DNA from: a virus
Reading direction: 5' to 3' (one strand)
Virus record (IMG/VR): IMGVR_UViG_3300024520_000005
Span: 1 to 50,649 of that record
DNA length: 50,649 nt
Part shown: piece by piece, positions 26,732-35,775 of the stretch
Position numbering within the stretch: position 1 is the stretch's first letter
How the letters are laid out: each line of letters opens with the position of its first letter
Notes under the pieces: generated by a model
Told to the model about the DNA's origin: nothing
The model's database searches: none
Seen by the model: the letters and a program-made list of their open reading frames with translations, nothing else
Position numbers and translations under genes: made by a program

Positions 26732-27673
26732 CTAAGCTCCGACATTGAGAATCATGTTCTTCACTTGCGATGCACCAAAGCCAACCTGCGCCTTGATGTA
26801 ATAGCCAGCCACAACTTCAGGATAGTCAGCATTCGGGTAATCCAAAGGCTTGACTACAGGAGCCGTAAGAACTGCATAGTGCAATCCCCACATGGCTTCA
26901 GGAAGGTCGCCCCACCCATACCACGCGGTAGTACTGGAAGCACCGTCAAAGACGATAGGCTTTACGCCCTTCCAAGGATTGATAGCATTCAATGCGTCCT
27001 CAGGAATCAGGTCTGAACCTGAAATCTGACGGGCCTTCTGCTCTTTCTCGGGGACAACAACAAGATTCTTGATGTTGACCTTTGAGACAAAGCCCTTCTC
27101 ATTGGTTCGCTTACGGGCATTGTAGCGCATGAGGTCGTAGGTGGTCGTAGTCAGAGCTGCGGCTGTTTCCAGATTGCTCCATGTGCCGCCAGCAGCATCT
27201 TCGTGGTAATGATCATTAGCGAAGATGTTAGAGCCATCTGCGCCAGCCACTGATGCACCTGTGTTAATGACGTTAGCCATCCCTGCCTCGATGAATCTGC
27301 GTCCACTGTCCATCAATCCACTAAGCTGGAAAAGAGCCTTACCGGACTTATCTATCTTCACCGTGGTAGCCGTGATGCGATTCCCGAGCATATAGGTGTA
27401 GAGGTTGATGGTCTTGTCATACCCTGGCGCACTTTCTTCAAACTGGAGAGGGTTGCTATCTTCAGTCTTCCGAGGATGGTTCAGGATGTTAGAGACTGTT
27501 GACAATTTGAACGTCAACAGATCAGCGGCTTCGGTGCGGAAGAACTGACCCGCGACCAGAGGGATATTATCCGAGCGATCAAGGATCACATCCATTGCTT
27601 TGTTTGTGAGGTCAGGGTGCTTGAACCTGTTTTCAAAACCGGCTCGTACCCATTCTAGTTTAGTTGCTGCCAT
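26732..27673 (-). CDS. major capsid protein (HK97 fold, lambda-E-like size and context)
   Basis: GGAGG SD, 313 aa. Preceded by scaffold-like and decoration-like genes and followed by a hairpin. Family assignment is by context, not a search. Confidence 0.6.
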   Translation of the reverse strand: MAATKLEWVRAGFENRFKHPDLTNKAMDVILDRSDNIPLVAGQFFRTEAADLLTFKLSTVSNILNHPRKTEDSNPLQFEESAPGYDKTINLYTYMLGNRITATTVKIDKSGKALFQLSGLMDSGRRFIEAGMANVINTGASVAGADGSNIFANDHYHEDAAGGTWSNLETAAALTTTTYDLMRYNARKRTNEKGFVSKVNIKNLVVVPEKEQKARQISGSDLIPEDALNAINPWKGVKPIVFDGASSTTAWYGWGDLPEAMWGLHYAVLTAPVVKPLDYPNADYPEVVAGYYIKAQVGFGASQVKNMILNVGA

Positions 27674-27688
27674 TGTGTTATCCTCCTA

Positions 27689-28198
27689 CTACGCTGCTGG
27701 TGCGGCTTCTACTGCAACCGTCAGCACTTTGACTGTGACTCTGGCGAGTGTATCTGCTGAATCATCCTGGAATGGACGGTCCAACCACAGCGGCGATACG
27801 AGCTGTAATACCTTGATGGTATTGCTGTCGATGTCGATGGTGCAGAGATTTGAGGTTACATCCATCTCAAACTGCTGCCCACGCGCTGCTTCCGTCACGG
27901 CTCCGTCAAGCTCGTTCATCAGGAAGACCTGATTGGGAGTGACGATACCAAACGACTTGCGTGTAGTGTCTGCGCCGATTGCGGTGCCGAGGGTTTCCAT
28001 TGCGATATGCGTAATGGCCGAGGCCGCTACACTTGTCGCGCTCGATGCCGCTTCGTACATCAATCCATCGCTCGCTAGTCTGCAAAACTGAGAGGCATTG
28101 TACGTTGCCGCTCCGTCTACAAGGTACTCATCATGGGCCAGAAGTGCGCCATCAGAGCTAGAAGTACACGCTGGATTTACTGCCGTTAGTGTTGCCAT
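27689..28198 (-). CDS. head decoration / cement-like protein (169 aa)
   Basis: Immediately upstream of the capsid gene as in lambda D-E order. Ala/Thr-rich. Confidence 0.35.
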   Translation of the reverse strand: MATLTAVNPACTSSSDGALLAHDEYLVDGAATYNASQFCRLASDGLMYEAASSATSVAASAITHIAMETLGTAIGADTTRKSFGIVTPNQVFLMNELDGAVTEAARGQQFEMDVTSNLCTIDIDSNTIKVLQLVSPLWLDRPFQDDSADTLARVTVKVLTVAVEAAPAA

Positions 28199-28200
28199 TG

Positions 28201-28857
28201 CTATTCTCCGTCACCACCCAAAAACCTCTCGGGTGCGGGCTTGTTGTGATCTTCTTTTTTGTTCGACTGCACTCCACCTACCACAGCAGCCGTATGGAAT
28301 TGCTTACGCGAAGACTCCTCGTCAGCAGCCACCTGAGCGTCTGACACAGCCTTAGGCCGCATCCATAACTCCATCTCTTTGATTCGTGGCTGTCTGCCTT
28401 CAAGGTCTTCTACAGGTTCATAGCCAGCATGTAAGTTATGTGCATGGTCTACGTCCTCGCCCCAATATGTCGTGTAATCTGCGGGGATGCGGCCTTGTTC
28501 GCGTAGCATCTTTATGGTTGCTGTTAATTTGTCGCCAGAGATTGCCATTCCGACAACAGCATCTGGGGCTGACTTACGCGCTCGCTCTATCGCAGCTACC
28601 TGACGCATTGCTTTCTGCTTTGCGTAGGCTTTCTCAATCTGGAGCTTGGTCTGCGCCTTCTTCGACTCGGCGTCTTGCGGCTTCGTCGCAGCAGGCTTAT
28701 CCGGTTCGCCAACATCGGCTTCCGTTAAGGTTACAACAGGCTTTGGCTCATAATCCTTAGGCCCCTTGCAATTCTTCATATGCTTGGCTCGCGCCGGCAG
28801 GAATGTAGTAACCATCTCGCCACATTTTTCACATCGTTCTTTTGGGTATTCGGTCAT
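28201..28857 (-). CDS. head-module protein with N-terminal zinc ribbon (218 aa)
   Basis: AAGGAG SD, CEKCGE...C pair, Lys/Ala-rich linker. Confidence 0.5.
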   Translation of the reverse strand: MTEYPKERCEKCGEMVTTFLPARAKHMKNCKGPKDYEPKPVVTLTEADVGEPDKPAATKPQDAESKKAQTKLQIEKAYAKQKAMRQVAAIERARKSAPDAVVGMAISGDKLTATIKMLREQGRIPADYTTYWGEDVDHAHNLHAGYEPVEDLEGRQPRIKEMELWMRPKAVSDAQVAADEESSRKQFHTAAVVGGVQSNKKEDHNKPAPERFLGGDGE

Positions 28858-29645
28858 TAGATGAACTCCTTTACACCGCGCCCTCTAGGGCCAGTAGTTG
28901 CTTGCTTTATCGCTTCTTCCTTAGATAGTCCAAGGTTCTGCATTAGATACGTAACAGTTTCAGGATTCGCCTCTTTTACTTCTGGTGCTTGAGGGGCACT
29001 CCCTGCACTCCCTAAACCCCCAGTGGAAGGTGCGCCATCCGGTACTTCTGTACGTTTCGCAAGCGGCAAGATGTCTAATAGTCCAAGTGCCGCAGAACGT
29101 GATACGCCTTTGCCAACCATAGCATCGACCAACTCTTTATTGCCTTGATAGCGAGGATCTTGGGTTTCGCTGAATTCCGCGAACTGAGCATTCATAGCAT
29201 CCATACGCTCAGTCATGGCTTTCGATACTGCTTCAGCTTCCCTTTGTGCCTTCTGCGCCAGATGCTCGGCATAACCCAGACGCTCAACAGCAGCTTCTGA
29301 TACGCCATACTCATCGGCTAAGGCACTTACTCGCGCTTGATTTTCCTCTGCGGTAGGCTGATGTGGGGCATTGCTCTGAGCTACAGCTTCTGTCAGCTTG
29401 GCGAGTTGTTCATTTCTGATCTTCTCGTTTTCTGCTGCCAGCTCTGCTGCTCGCTGCTCTGCCTTCGTCGCTTCCTGCCGCAAATGTAAGTATGACTCCT
29501 CTAGCTTCTCAGGGGAATCGTACTTATCAGCCCACATTTTAGACTCTTGGTCCGTATCCGCGCCTGCGGGGGTGCCAGAATCTACATCAGAACTATGGGC
29601 GAGTGCTGCTTCGGTATCCACTGTTCCGGTATCTGTATCGGCCAT
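28857..29645 (-). CDS. scaffolding protein candidate (262 aa)
   Basis: AAGGAGG SD. Acidic, helical and coiled-coil rich (AELAAENEKIRNEQLAKL). Lies between portal and capsid. Confidence 0.45.
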   Translation of the reverse strand: MADTDTGTVDTEAALAHSSDVDSGTPAGADTDQESKMWADKYDSPEKLEESYLHLRQEATKAEQRAAELAAENEKIRNEQLAKLTEAVAQSNAPHQPTAEENQARVSALADEYGVSEAAVERLGYAEHLAQKAQREAEAVSKAMTERMDAMNAQFAEFSETQDPRYQGNKELVDAMVGKGVSRSAALGLLDILPLAKRTEVPDGAPSTGGLGSAGSAPQAPEVKEANPETVTYLMQNLGLSKEEAIKQATTGPRGRGVKEFI

Positions 29646-29721
29646 GATTGGCCTCCTTGCTGTGCGTCATGGGGCGAAGCATCGTGCATCGGTATCCCAT
29701 CGGCGCGAAACATAAAGTGTA

Positions 29722-29761
29722 TAAAAGCGAAAAAGCCACAGGAAGGGCTGGCCCTGTGGCT
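29722..29761 (-). terminator. rho-independent terminator (minus strand)
   Basis: AGCCACAGG-10 nt-CCTGTGGCT followed on the minus strand by TTTTTCGCTTTT. An extra CCGAGG/CCTCGG hairpin lies at 29770-29786. Confidence 0.65.
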
Positions 29762-29838
29762 TTCTTAATCCGAGGAGCGACCTCGGTTCGCTTAAGTTTT
29801 CTTACTAATGTGAAAGTGTTTCTTATTGCTGAGAAGTC

Positions 29839-30111
29839 TTACGCCTTTTCGGGCATTTTGTCAAGTTCTTTTCTCATATTCTCAAATAAGGCACAGACAT
29901 CTTTCTCAAAACTGACCATGAGTGCCTGAACTACATGGGCAGCACCACGCGCTGACTGGACATCGGCACCATCTGCCAGCACTTCATCGGCTATTTCGTA
30001 GTAGTATGACTCCAGCCATTTAGTGAATGTGCCCCAGCCTTCAGTCTTAGTCATGCCATACAGCCGTTGAATGTCCTGACTGTTCACCTTGCCTCGCCCT
30101 ATTAATTTCAT
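29839..30111 (-). CDS. hypothetical protein (90 aa)
   Basis: ATGA overlap with the portal stop. Confidence 0.55.
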   Translation of the reverse strand: MKLIGRGKVNSQDIQRLYGMTKTEGWGTFTKWLESYYYEIADEVLADGADVQSARGAAHVVQALMVSFEKDVCALFENMRKELDKMPEKA

Positions 30112-32348
30112 TGTAGTGCCAGCCCTCCTTCTTCTGCCGCTAGCAGGTCAGTGGTTGCTTCCGCGCCAGTTAAGGGCGGCGTGTCAGATAAACCCAAGCC
30201 AGGAGTCGCCTCAGAAGCGGGTTGTGCGTTAGTGGCGTCAGCCTGATTCTGTAATGTGTTTGCGCCCTGTTGCGCCCCAGCTTGGATAGATTGTTGTTGC
30301 TGCTTCTTTAATTGCTCGGTCATAAGGTTGTGCTGCTCTGCCATCTTCAGGTTCTCCTTATTCGCGTCAGGAAGCAGGCGGTAGATAGCAATATAGTTCC
30401 GATGGTTGTCCAGATGCAGGTCATGGTTCTCTCCCTGCTGTGGCTCCGTCCAGACGCCCTCAGAGCCGTCCAAAGGCATCATGCCCATGTTCTCCTCCTG
30501 TGACCGCTTACGTGCGTCCTCGGCCATGTCAGGGGGCCAGTAGCGTTCCTGATCGAACATAGGTCTGCCCTTCATGGCATCCTTCATGAAGTTGCGCTGG
30601 CCTTCCATTGGCATCGTAGGTAACGCGGCTGCGGAATATACAGAGAAGAATCTATCAAACTCCTGCCGCTGGATGGTGTTGGTTTCGTATTCATCCACGG
30701 CTATGAGCTTGTATGTGTATCTGCCCCAGAGGTTAGACGGCTTGATTTCATGGGACATCTCGCCGCGAAGCAGCGTAACGGTTAGATCCTTGTCGGCGTA
30801 ATGCTCCCAGAACTGCGCGTCAGTCTTAGCATCCCACTCAATCAGCCCAGCCATGTAGCGCAGCTTGTCTAGTGCAGGCTTCATAGATTGATCTAGGGAA
30901 TTCTTAGCTTCCTGTGCGCTGGTCCTGCCGCCCATAGGGGCACCTTCAAAGGCTCTGGTAACGCCCATGACTTCCCGCGCTATAGCTTCGGTCTTGTCCA
31001 TAAAGGCCATGAAGTCGTTAGTGTGTATGTCTATAGGGAGCTTCTGAATGCGTCCAATGCCGCCACGCCGCATGTTCCATTGTCTGCGGGGATGGAAGTC
31101 TTTGTTGTCATTTATCAACGCGCCTTCCTCAACGAGCCAAGGACTGTTGCACTTCTGATCCTTGAGGTCATACCATTGGTCCTTCATGGTCTTGTATTCG
31201 TCGTTGATAGGCTCCATGACATTCTTGTAGCCCATATGGAACGGGCCATTATCGTCACGGTGGGAATGCGCTAGGTAAACTGGTATCTCATCCTTCTCGG
31301 GGAATGGCTCTGGCGTGAGCCGCATACAGATAGCTTTGTCCTTGCCCTGAGTGACATCACCCACAAACGTAACCCAGAACCAACGGGCAGGCTGGGAGTC
31401 GGGGTCCCACATACCCTTATCGTCGATAGGAAGCCGTACAAAGGCGTCGAACTGATCATACTGCCCTGTAGCTGTAGTAACGTCCGAGGTGCCTGTAGCG
31501 TGTTCTTGACGCTTCTCTAAGATGTCGTTATGAACCTGCCCGTTGTATAGCTGCATCTCGCCAACATCCTTAAAGTTCTTATAGAAGCCGTTGGCTTGCA
31601 TGGAACGCAGCTCTGACTGGACAGGATAAGACCGGAATACTAAGCATTGCTGCTGCTGGACATCTTCGATGTTGCTGTCCATGTAGGCATCTTTCCAGTC
31701 CCAGCAACGCAGGACGGGATAGGCAATCTTCTCGGTCTTGGTTTGCCATGATATCTTCGTAGGCTCACCATTCTCATCGCGGCTCTTAACTACACGCCTA
31801 CGGACTTCCTTCTCGCAGGAATACCATGTCTTAGTAAATAGACCGTTAGCATACTTATTGACAGACCACCAGCCTGTAGCGAGCTTCCTGCGCCTGTCAT
31901 CAGCCGTCATGGAATACTCATAGAGCATAGAGCGGTCTTCACATACCTGCCTTGCCTGCTGCTTCTGGACATCATCCCCGTTTTCCATAGGAATGTACTT
32001 ACCAGGAAGATCCTTGGGCGGCAGAAGTATGTCTGTTTCCCATGCTGAGATCATGCGGGTGAGTGTGAAGAATAGGTGGGGTACGGTGTCTTGGCTTGCG
32101 CGGGTGAGGTTCTCGGCGGCTTTAGTCTGACCTTGTGCCATACGGAACATCTGGTCAGCTTTCTCTATGCTTTCCTCGTATTCACAGCGTTGAGGCTGAC
32201 TCTTAAAATACTCAAAGTAATGGGCGACACGCTCAAGGGTTTTCTCTGCTGCTTCCTCTTTGTCTGCGAAATTGGGTAAGCCTGTAGGCTCGGTATCTTT
32301 AGCTTTCGGGATGGCTCGCTTCTTTGTCGCATGATCAACTGTGGGCAT
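30108..32348 (-). CDS. portal protein candidate (746 aa)
   Basis: Start set at the ATG after GGAGAG. Size and position fit a portal (between the terminase region and scaffold). Q-rich C-terminal tail. Confidence 0.6.
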   Translation of the reverse strand: MPTVDHATKKRAIPKAKDTEPTGLPNFADKEEAAEKTLERVAHYFEYFKSQPQRCEYEESIEKADQMFRMAQGQTKAAENLTRASQDTVPHLFFTLTRMISAWETDILLPPKDLPGKYIPMENGDDVQKQQARQVCEDRSMLYEYSMTADDRRRKLATGWWSVNKYANGLFTKTWYSCEKEVRRRVVKSRDENGEPTKISWQTKTEKIAYPVLRCWDWKDAYMDSNIEDVQQQQCLVFRSYPVQSELRSMQANGFYKNFKDVGEMQLYNGQVHNDILEKRQEHATGTSDVTTATGQYDQFDAFVRLPIDDKGMWDPDSQPARWFWVTFVGDVTQGKDKAICMRLTPEPFPEKDEIPVYLAHSHRDDNGPFHMGYKNVMEPINDEYKTMKDQWYDLKDQKCNSPWLVEEGALINDNKDFHPRRQWNMRRGGIGRIQKLPIDIHTNDFMAFMDKTEAIAREVMGVTRAFEGAPMGGRTSAQEAKNSLDQSMKPALDKLRYMAGLIEWDAKTDAQFWEHYADKDLTVTLLRGEMSHEIKPSNLWGRYTYKLIAVDEYETNTIQRQEFDRFFSVYSAAALPTMPMEGQRNFMKDAMKGRPMFDQERYWPPDMAEDARKRSQEENMGMMPLDGSEGVWTEPQQGENHDLHLDNHRNYIAIYRLLPDANKENLKMAEQHNLMTEQLKKQQQQSIQAGAQQGANTLQNQADATNAQPASEATPGLGLSDTPPLTGAEATTDLLAAEEGGLALQ

Positions 32349-32360
32349 CGTTTTCTCTCC

Positions 32361-32397
32361 AAACAAAAAGGCACAAGGATTCTAAGCCCTTGTGCCT
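32361..32397 (-). terminator. rho-independent terminator (minus strand) 13 nt upstream of the portal RBS
   Basis: AGGCACAAGG-9 nt-CCTTGTGCCT followed on the minus strand by TTTTGTTT. Confidence 0.7.
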
Positions 32398-32423
32398 CAT
32401 CTCTTACCGGAGCTACCGGAATG

Positions 32424-33095
32424 TCAACTTGTCAGTATTGCTTCAATCTTCTCAATGGGAACTATCTTCAGCCGCCTGTCTCCGACTGTTATGTTCTGGA
32501 ACGTGTCCTCATGTGGCAGGACTGCTGTGGCACCTACCGTCACTGCTACTGGAATCGTGCCGCCATCCTGATCTACTATGCCCAAGCCTACGCCTGTCAC
32601 AATAGCCTCTGTAGGCAATCTTTCGGCGTTATCAGGCATCTCCAAGAGGTCGCCGCCCATATCCCGCCATGACTCCTTAGGCTCAACTAGGACCCTGTGG
32701 CCTAATGGCTCATATTCACCATCTTCAAAGCGTACTGTTGGCAATGCTTCATCAATAAAGAACTCATGCTGACTCCACGGCGAATGCTTAATGTAATCTA
32801 TGTGATGCTCTGGGCATGTGATTACATCACCCACTTTCCAGTTGACGCCAGCAGACCATTCAAATTCGTGTGGCTCCATCTCCCTTGCTTCGCCGCAGCC
32901 TGTGCCTATAGCTAATACCTCAAACCAATGGCATATGTCAACAGACTTCTCGGGCCGCTCTAATTCCACCTTGCCATCTGGCGTGTCCAGCATGATAGCT
33001 GCTGGCTTACATTTGCGTACATATAGCCAATGGCCCCGTAAGTCTAATACTGCGTCGTTCTCAAGACCAAGAAGATTCTCATTCGTGCGAGACAT
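32424..33095 (-). CDS. tandem GroES/Cpn10-like protein (223 aa)
   Basis: C-terminal half aligns by eye with GroES (PLGHRVLVEPKE ... GGDLL ... TGVGLG ... VGATAVLP ... LKIVPIEKIEAIL). The N-terminal half repeats the pattern (LRGHWLYVRKCK ... VLAIGTGCG ... KVGDVI). Confidence 0.5.
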   Translation of the reverse strand: MSRTNENLLGLENDAVLDLRGHWLYVRKCKPAAIMLDTPDGKVELERPEKSVDICHWFEVLAIGTGCGEAREMEPHEFEWSAGVNWKVGDVITCPEHHIDYIKHSPWSQHEFFIDEALPTVRFEDGEYEPLGHRVLVEPKESWRDMGGDLLEMPDNAERLPTEAIVTGVGLGIVDQDGGTIPVAVTVGATAVLPHEDTFQNITVGDRRLKIVPIEKIEAILTS

Positions 33096-33137
33096 ATAAC
33101 ACCTATCCTTTCGTGTGTCAAGTTATTTAGCTCTAGC

Positions 33138-34988
33138 TTATCTAGCCCCTGCTCTCCGATACCCTGTGTATTTAGATGGTTGTAGCTGCCCCTTGGGTGT
33201 GTCTGTAAGTTCCCTGACGCCGCGTGGTAGTAGGGATTCCGAGGGGCTGCGTAGTGATGGGCCGCAATACCTAGGCTCATCCCCATCCTTAGTGCGTAAA
33301 ACGTATTTCATGGCTGTCAGCAGGTCGTTACCCTTATTCTCTGGGTCACGGCTTTCTTCCTTGTAGACATAGCCTTCAATCTCCCCGCGCAGTCTTGTCA
33401 GCGTGTTGAAGATATACAGCCTTGGTGACGCATGAATGGGCGCGTCCGTGTCGGGATTGATAACCTGATCCATAATCTTCATGCGAACTAATAGATGCTC
33501 ACGTTCTGGGACCGGAGCAAAATACTCATTCCTGAGAATGGGAATGATATTCCTGTCGTGCATTCCCGAAGCCTGTATGCAATCAAGCCCCGCGTCTGAA
33601 TACACTTCGCCTTCTGTCTTGGTGATATCCTTGGTTGGATGTGAGAAGTTGCGGGAATCCATCGAAGAATACACATACTTCTCGCCGCAGAACTCCTCGC
33701 GGAAGTAGACAGTAGTATTGCCATCAAGGTCCATGCTCGGGTCGCCTGACTGCACACGCTTGTTCCCGCTAGCTTCGATAATATTGATAACGTTATCGCG
33801 CATAGACAGATTAGCTTCCCTGTATTCCCTGAACAGCACGACATCATGCCAAGGCGACGCAGCAGCCCAGAGGCAGGCCATATGGTGACGCTTGCCAGGG
33901 TCTATGCCGCGATAGAGAGTCCAATGCTTCGGGATGGTGAAGGGGTCAATCCACTGCACAGATGGATTCCATTCTTCGTAGACTAGCCCTTCCCTCGATT
34001 CAAAGTCGCCATAATACTTAGCTTTGCCATGCCTGATATCCACCATGTTCCCACTCTTTCTAGGAGCCACGATATACTTGAAGTATTCGCGCTTCTTTCT
34101 TGATGCTGAAATTATACAGTTAGGTACATTATCCGTGTTGATTTGGTACTGTCGAAGCTCTACGCCATCATCGAGGGCACCCAATACCTTTCGATGTATC
34201 CACGTCCCCGCGCCCGTCTCAGGCTGTCCTGCGACCCTGTGTGGCGTACAGGAGATGTGCATACGGCTATTCTCTGCCGTAATAGTCCTGTCGAAGCAGT
34301 TGCGATACACTTCCTCTGGTGGCTGCTCATCACAGAATACATCCTCATATGTAGCCCCTGTCCATGATGTTTCGTTCTGGGCATAGGCATGGAAGTTTAC
34401 GATGGAACCGGAAGCAAACGGGACTGCTGCCCAGCCTGACCCCCAAGGCGGCGTCTTGCGCTTATACTTGCGGCTGGCATCCCTGATCTTCCAATGTGGC
34501 GAGTATTCACGTAGCTCATCTGCCGGCATGATTTCAGCAAACTTCTTCCAGATATTGCGCGAATATAAGGCCATCTGGTATGTGCCTACAGCTATCATCT
34601 TAGCTTCCCATCTTGGCGGCTTTAGCCCGTACTCAAAGCAAGGCCATGTTGGATCTGTAGGGCAGGCGCATAAGCCCAGCTTAGCTAGGAGTGCCCATGT
34701 CTTTCCGCGCTGGACGCCGCTTCTCAGTAATGAGATGCCATCAGCCCAGTCATTGATGAAGTCAACCTGCTGGCAATGGGCAAGGAAGTATGAAAGCCTA
34801 TTCTCCTTGTAGCGTAAGGTTTCCTCGCGGAAGTAGTCTGCTAATAGCGCAGCCTTGCCGCCTAACGCCGACATCATAAGCAGCCAGTTGTCGTCGAATC
34901 TAAGCCATCTGCCCAGCCCCTTAAAGCGTCCCTTCAGGGGTGCCCAAGGAATCATGTACTTCTCGTTACGCTTCTTGATCTGAGCCAT
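33138..34988 (-). CDS. terL: terminase large subunit
   Basis: Walker A RSGVQRGKT, Walker B VFCDEQPPE, coupling motif SCTP, then a nuclease-like C-terminal half (GIDPGKRHHMA...). 616 aa. Confidence 0.8.
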   Translation of the reverse strand: MAQIKKRNEKYMIPWAPLKGRFKGLGRWLRFDDNWLLMMSALGGKAALLADYFREETLRYKENRLSYFLAHCQQVDFINDWADGISLLRSGVQRGKTWALLAKLGLCACPTDPTWPCFEYGLKPPRWEAKMIAVGTYQMALYSRNIWKKFAEIMPADELREYSPHWKIRDASRKYKRKTPPWGSGWAAVPFASGSIVNFHAYAQNETSWTGATYEDVFCDEQPPEEVYRNCFDRTITAENSRMHISCTPHRVAGQPETGAGTWIHRKVLGALDDGVELRQYQINTDNVPNCIISASRKKREYFKYIVAPRKSGNMVDIRHGKAKYYGDFESREGLVYEEWNPSVQWIDPFTIPKHWTLYRGIDPGKRHHMACLWAAASPWHDVVLFREYREANLSMRDNVINIIEASGNKRVQSGDPSMDLDGNTTVYFREEFCGEKYVYSSMDSRNFSHPTKDITKTEGEVYSDAGLDCIQASGMHDRNIIPILRNEYFAPVPEREHLLVRMKIMDQVINPDTDAPIHASPRLYIFNTLTRLRGEIEGYVYKEESRDPENKGNDLLTAMKYVLRTKDGDEPRYCGPSLRSPSESLLPRGVRELTDTPKGQLQPSKYTGYRRAGAR

Positions 34989-35006
34989 AGCTACCTTTCA
35001 TCATGC

Positions 35007-35035
35007 TTGACATATATCATGTTTGCCGCTATTAT
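35007..35035 (+). promoter_or_regulatory. near-consensus sigma70 promoter (TTGACA-17-TATTAT)
   Basis: TTGACA at 35007-35012, exact 17-nt spacer, TATTAT at 35030-35035. The ATG at 35043 lies at the expected transcription start. Confidence 0.6.
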
Positions 35036-35042
35036 CCGCGCC

Positions 35043-35471
35043 ATGTCATATTACGAGACCATCCGAGCGCAGACTACTAAGATGGGCCTACGTTGGCCCG
35101 AGGACATCATCCTTTTTCCTGTTGGGCAGAACGATGATGGGACTGCCGTCTTTTATGCACACTCTGCCCCACTCACCCGCTCCATGTTTGCTACGGGCAA
35201 CAAGAACCCCATCTGCCTGCAACCAATACCGCTTTCTTCCATTGGCAGCTATCTGGAATCCTTCATTGGCTACATCTTCCCTGATGGCGAGATTCGCTGG
35301 GATACGGAAATGATGATGGATAACGGCTTTGACGGCAAGCCTGTGACTATTCTGCCTGTTCATATTATCATGTACTCCTACAATTACCCACATCATCTCC
35401 GTCAGCATCTAGCCGCAGAGAAAGCCAAGCGGTCCGTGGACAAGAATGCTATTGTCCTAGCCACGCATTAA
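35043..35471 (+). CDS. reverse-oriented hypothetical protein (142 aa), possibly leaderless
   Basis: Only plus-strand gene inside the minus arm. In-frame ATG 8 nt after the -10 box and no SD. Confidence 0.5.
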   Translation: MSYYETIRAQTTKMGLRWPEDIILFPVGQNDDGTAVFYAHSAPLTRSMFATGNKNPICLQPIPLSSIGSYLESFIGYIFPDGEIRWDTEMMMDNGFDGKPVTILPVHIIMYSYNYPHHLRQHLAAEKAKRSVDKNAIVLATH

Positions 35472-35472
35472 G

Positions 35473-35775
35473 CTAATCTTCCAGCAATCCTTCTGCGTTA
35501 TACTTCTTCAGCTTGCTATTGACAATCTCCAGCTTCCCACCGAATGCTCTGAACTTAGCTGCAATCGTAGGCAGATCATCCACGTCATTTATCCTGAGGC
35601 TCAGGAAGTTGGCGGGATTAGGAGGCCGCTTCTCATCCACAGGCTGCGGAACAGGGATGACAAACTGCACAGTCCCGAAGCGCGTGAACTTGTTGTTTGG
35701 CGACTCCATGATAGTCTCATCTTCTGCCCGTATGCTGACTTTCCAGCCGTTACCTTCTCGTAGTGTGTCCTGCAT
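35473..35775 (-). CDS. hypothetical protein (100 aa)
   Basis: AAAGGAGAA SD, TAATG overlap with the upstream gene. Confidence 0.6.
   Translation of the reverse strand: MQDTLREGNGWKVSIRAEDETIMESPNNKFTRFGTVQFVIPVPQPVDEKRPPNPANFLSLRINDVDDLPTIAAKFRAFGGKLEIVNSKLKKYNAEGLLED

Noticed and set aside
32404-32432. TTGACA on the minus strand near the stop of the GroES-like gene, as a promoter for portal
   Set aside because: The best -10 at 17 nt is AGAGAT (3/6). Transcripts would also run straight into the terminator hairpin 20 nt later.
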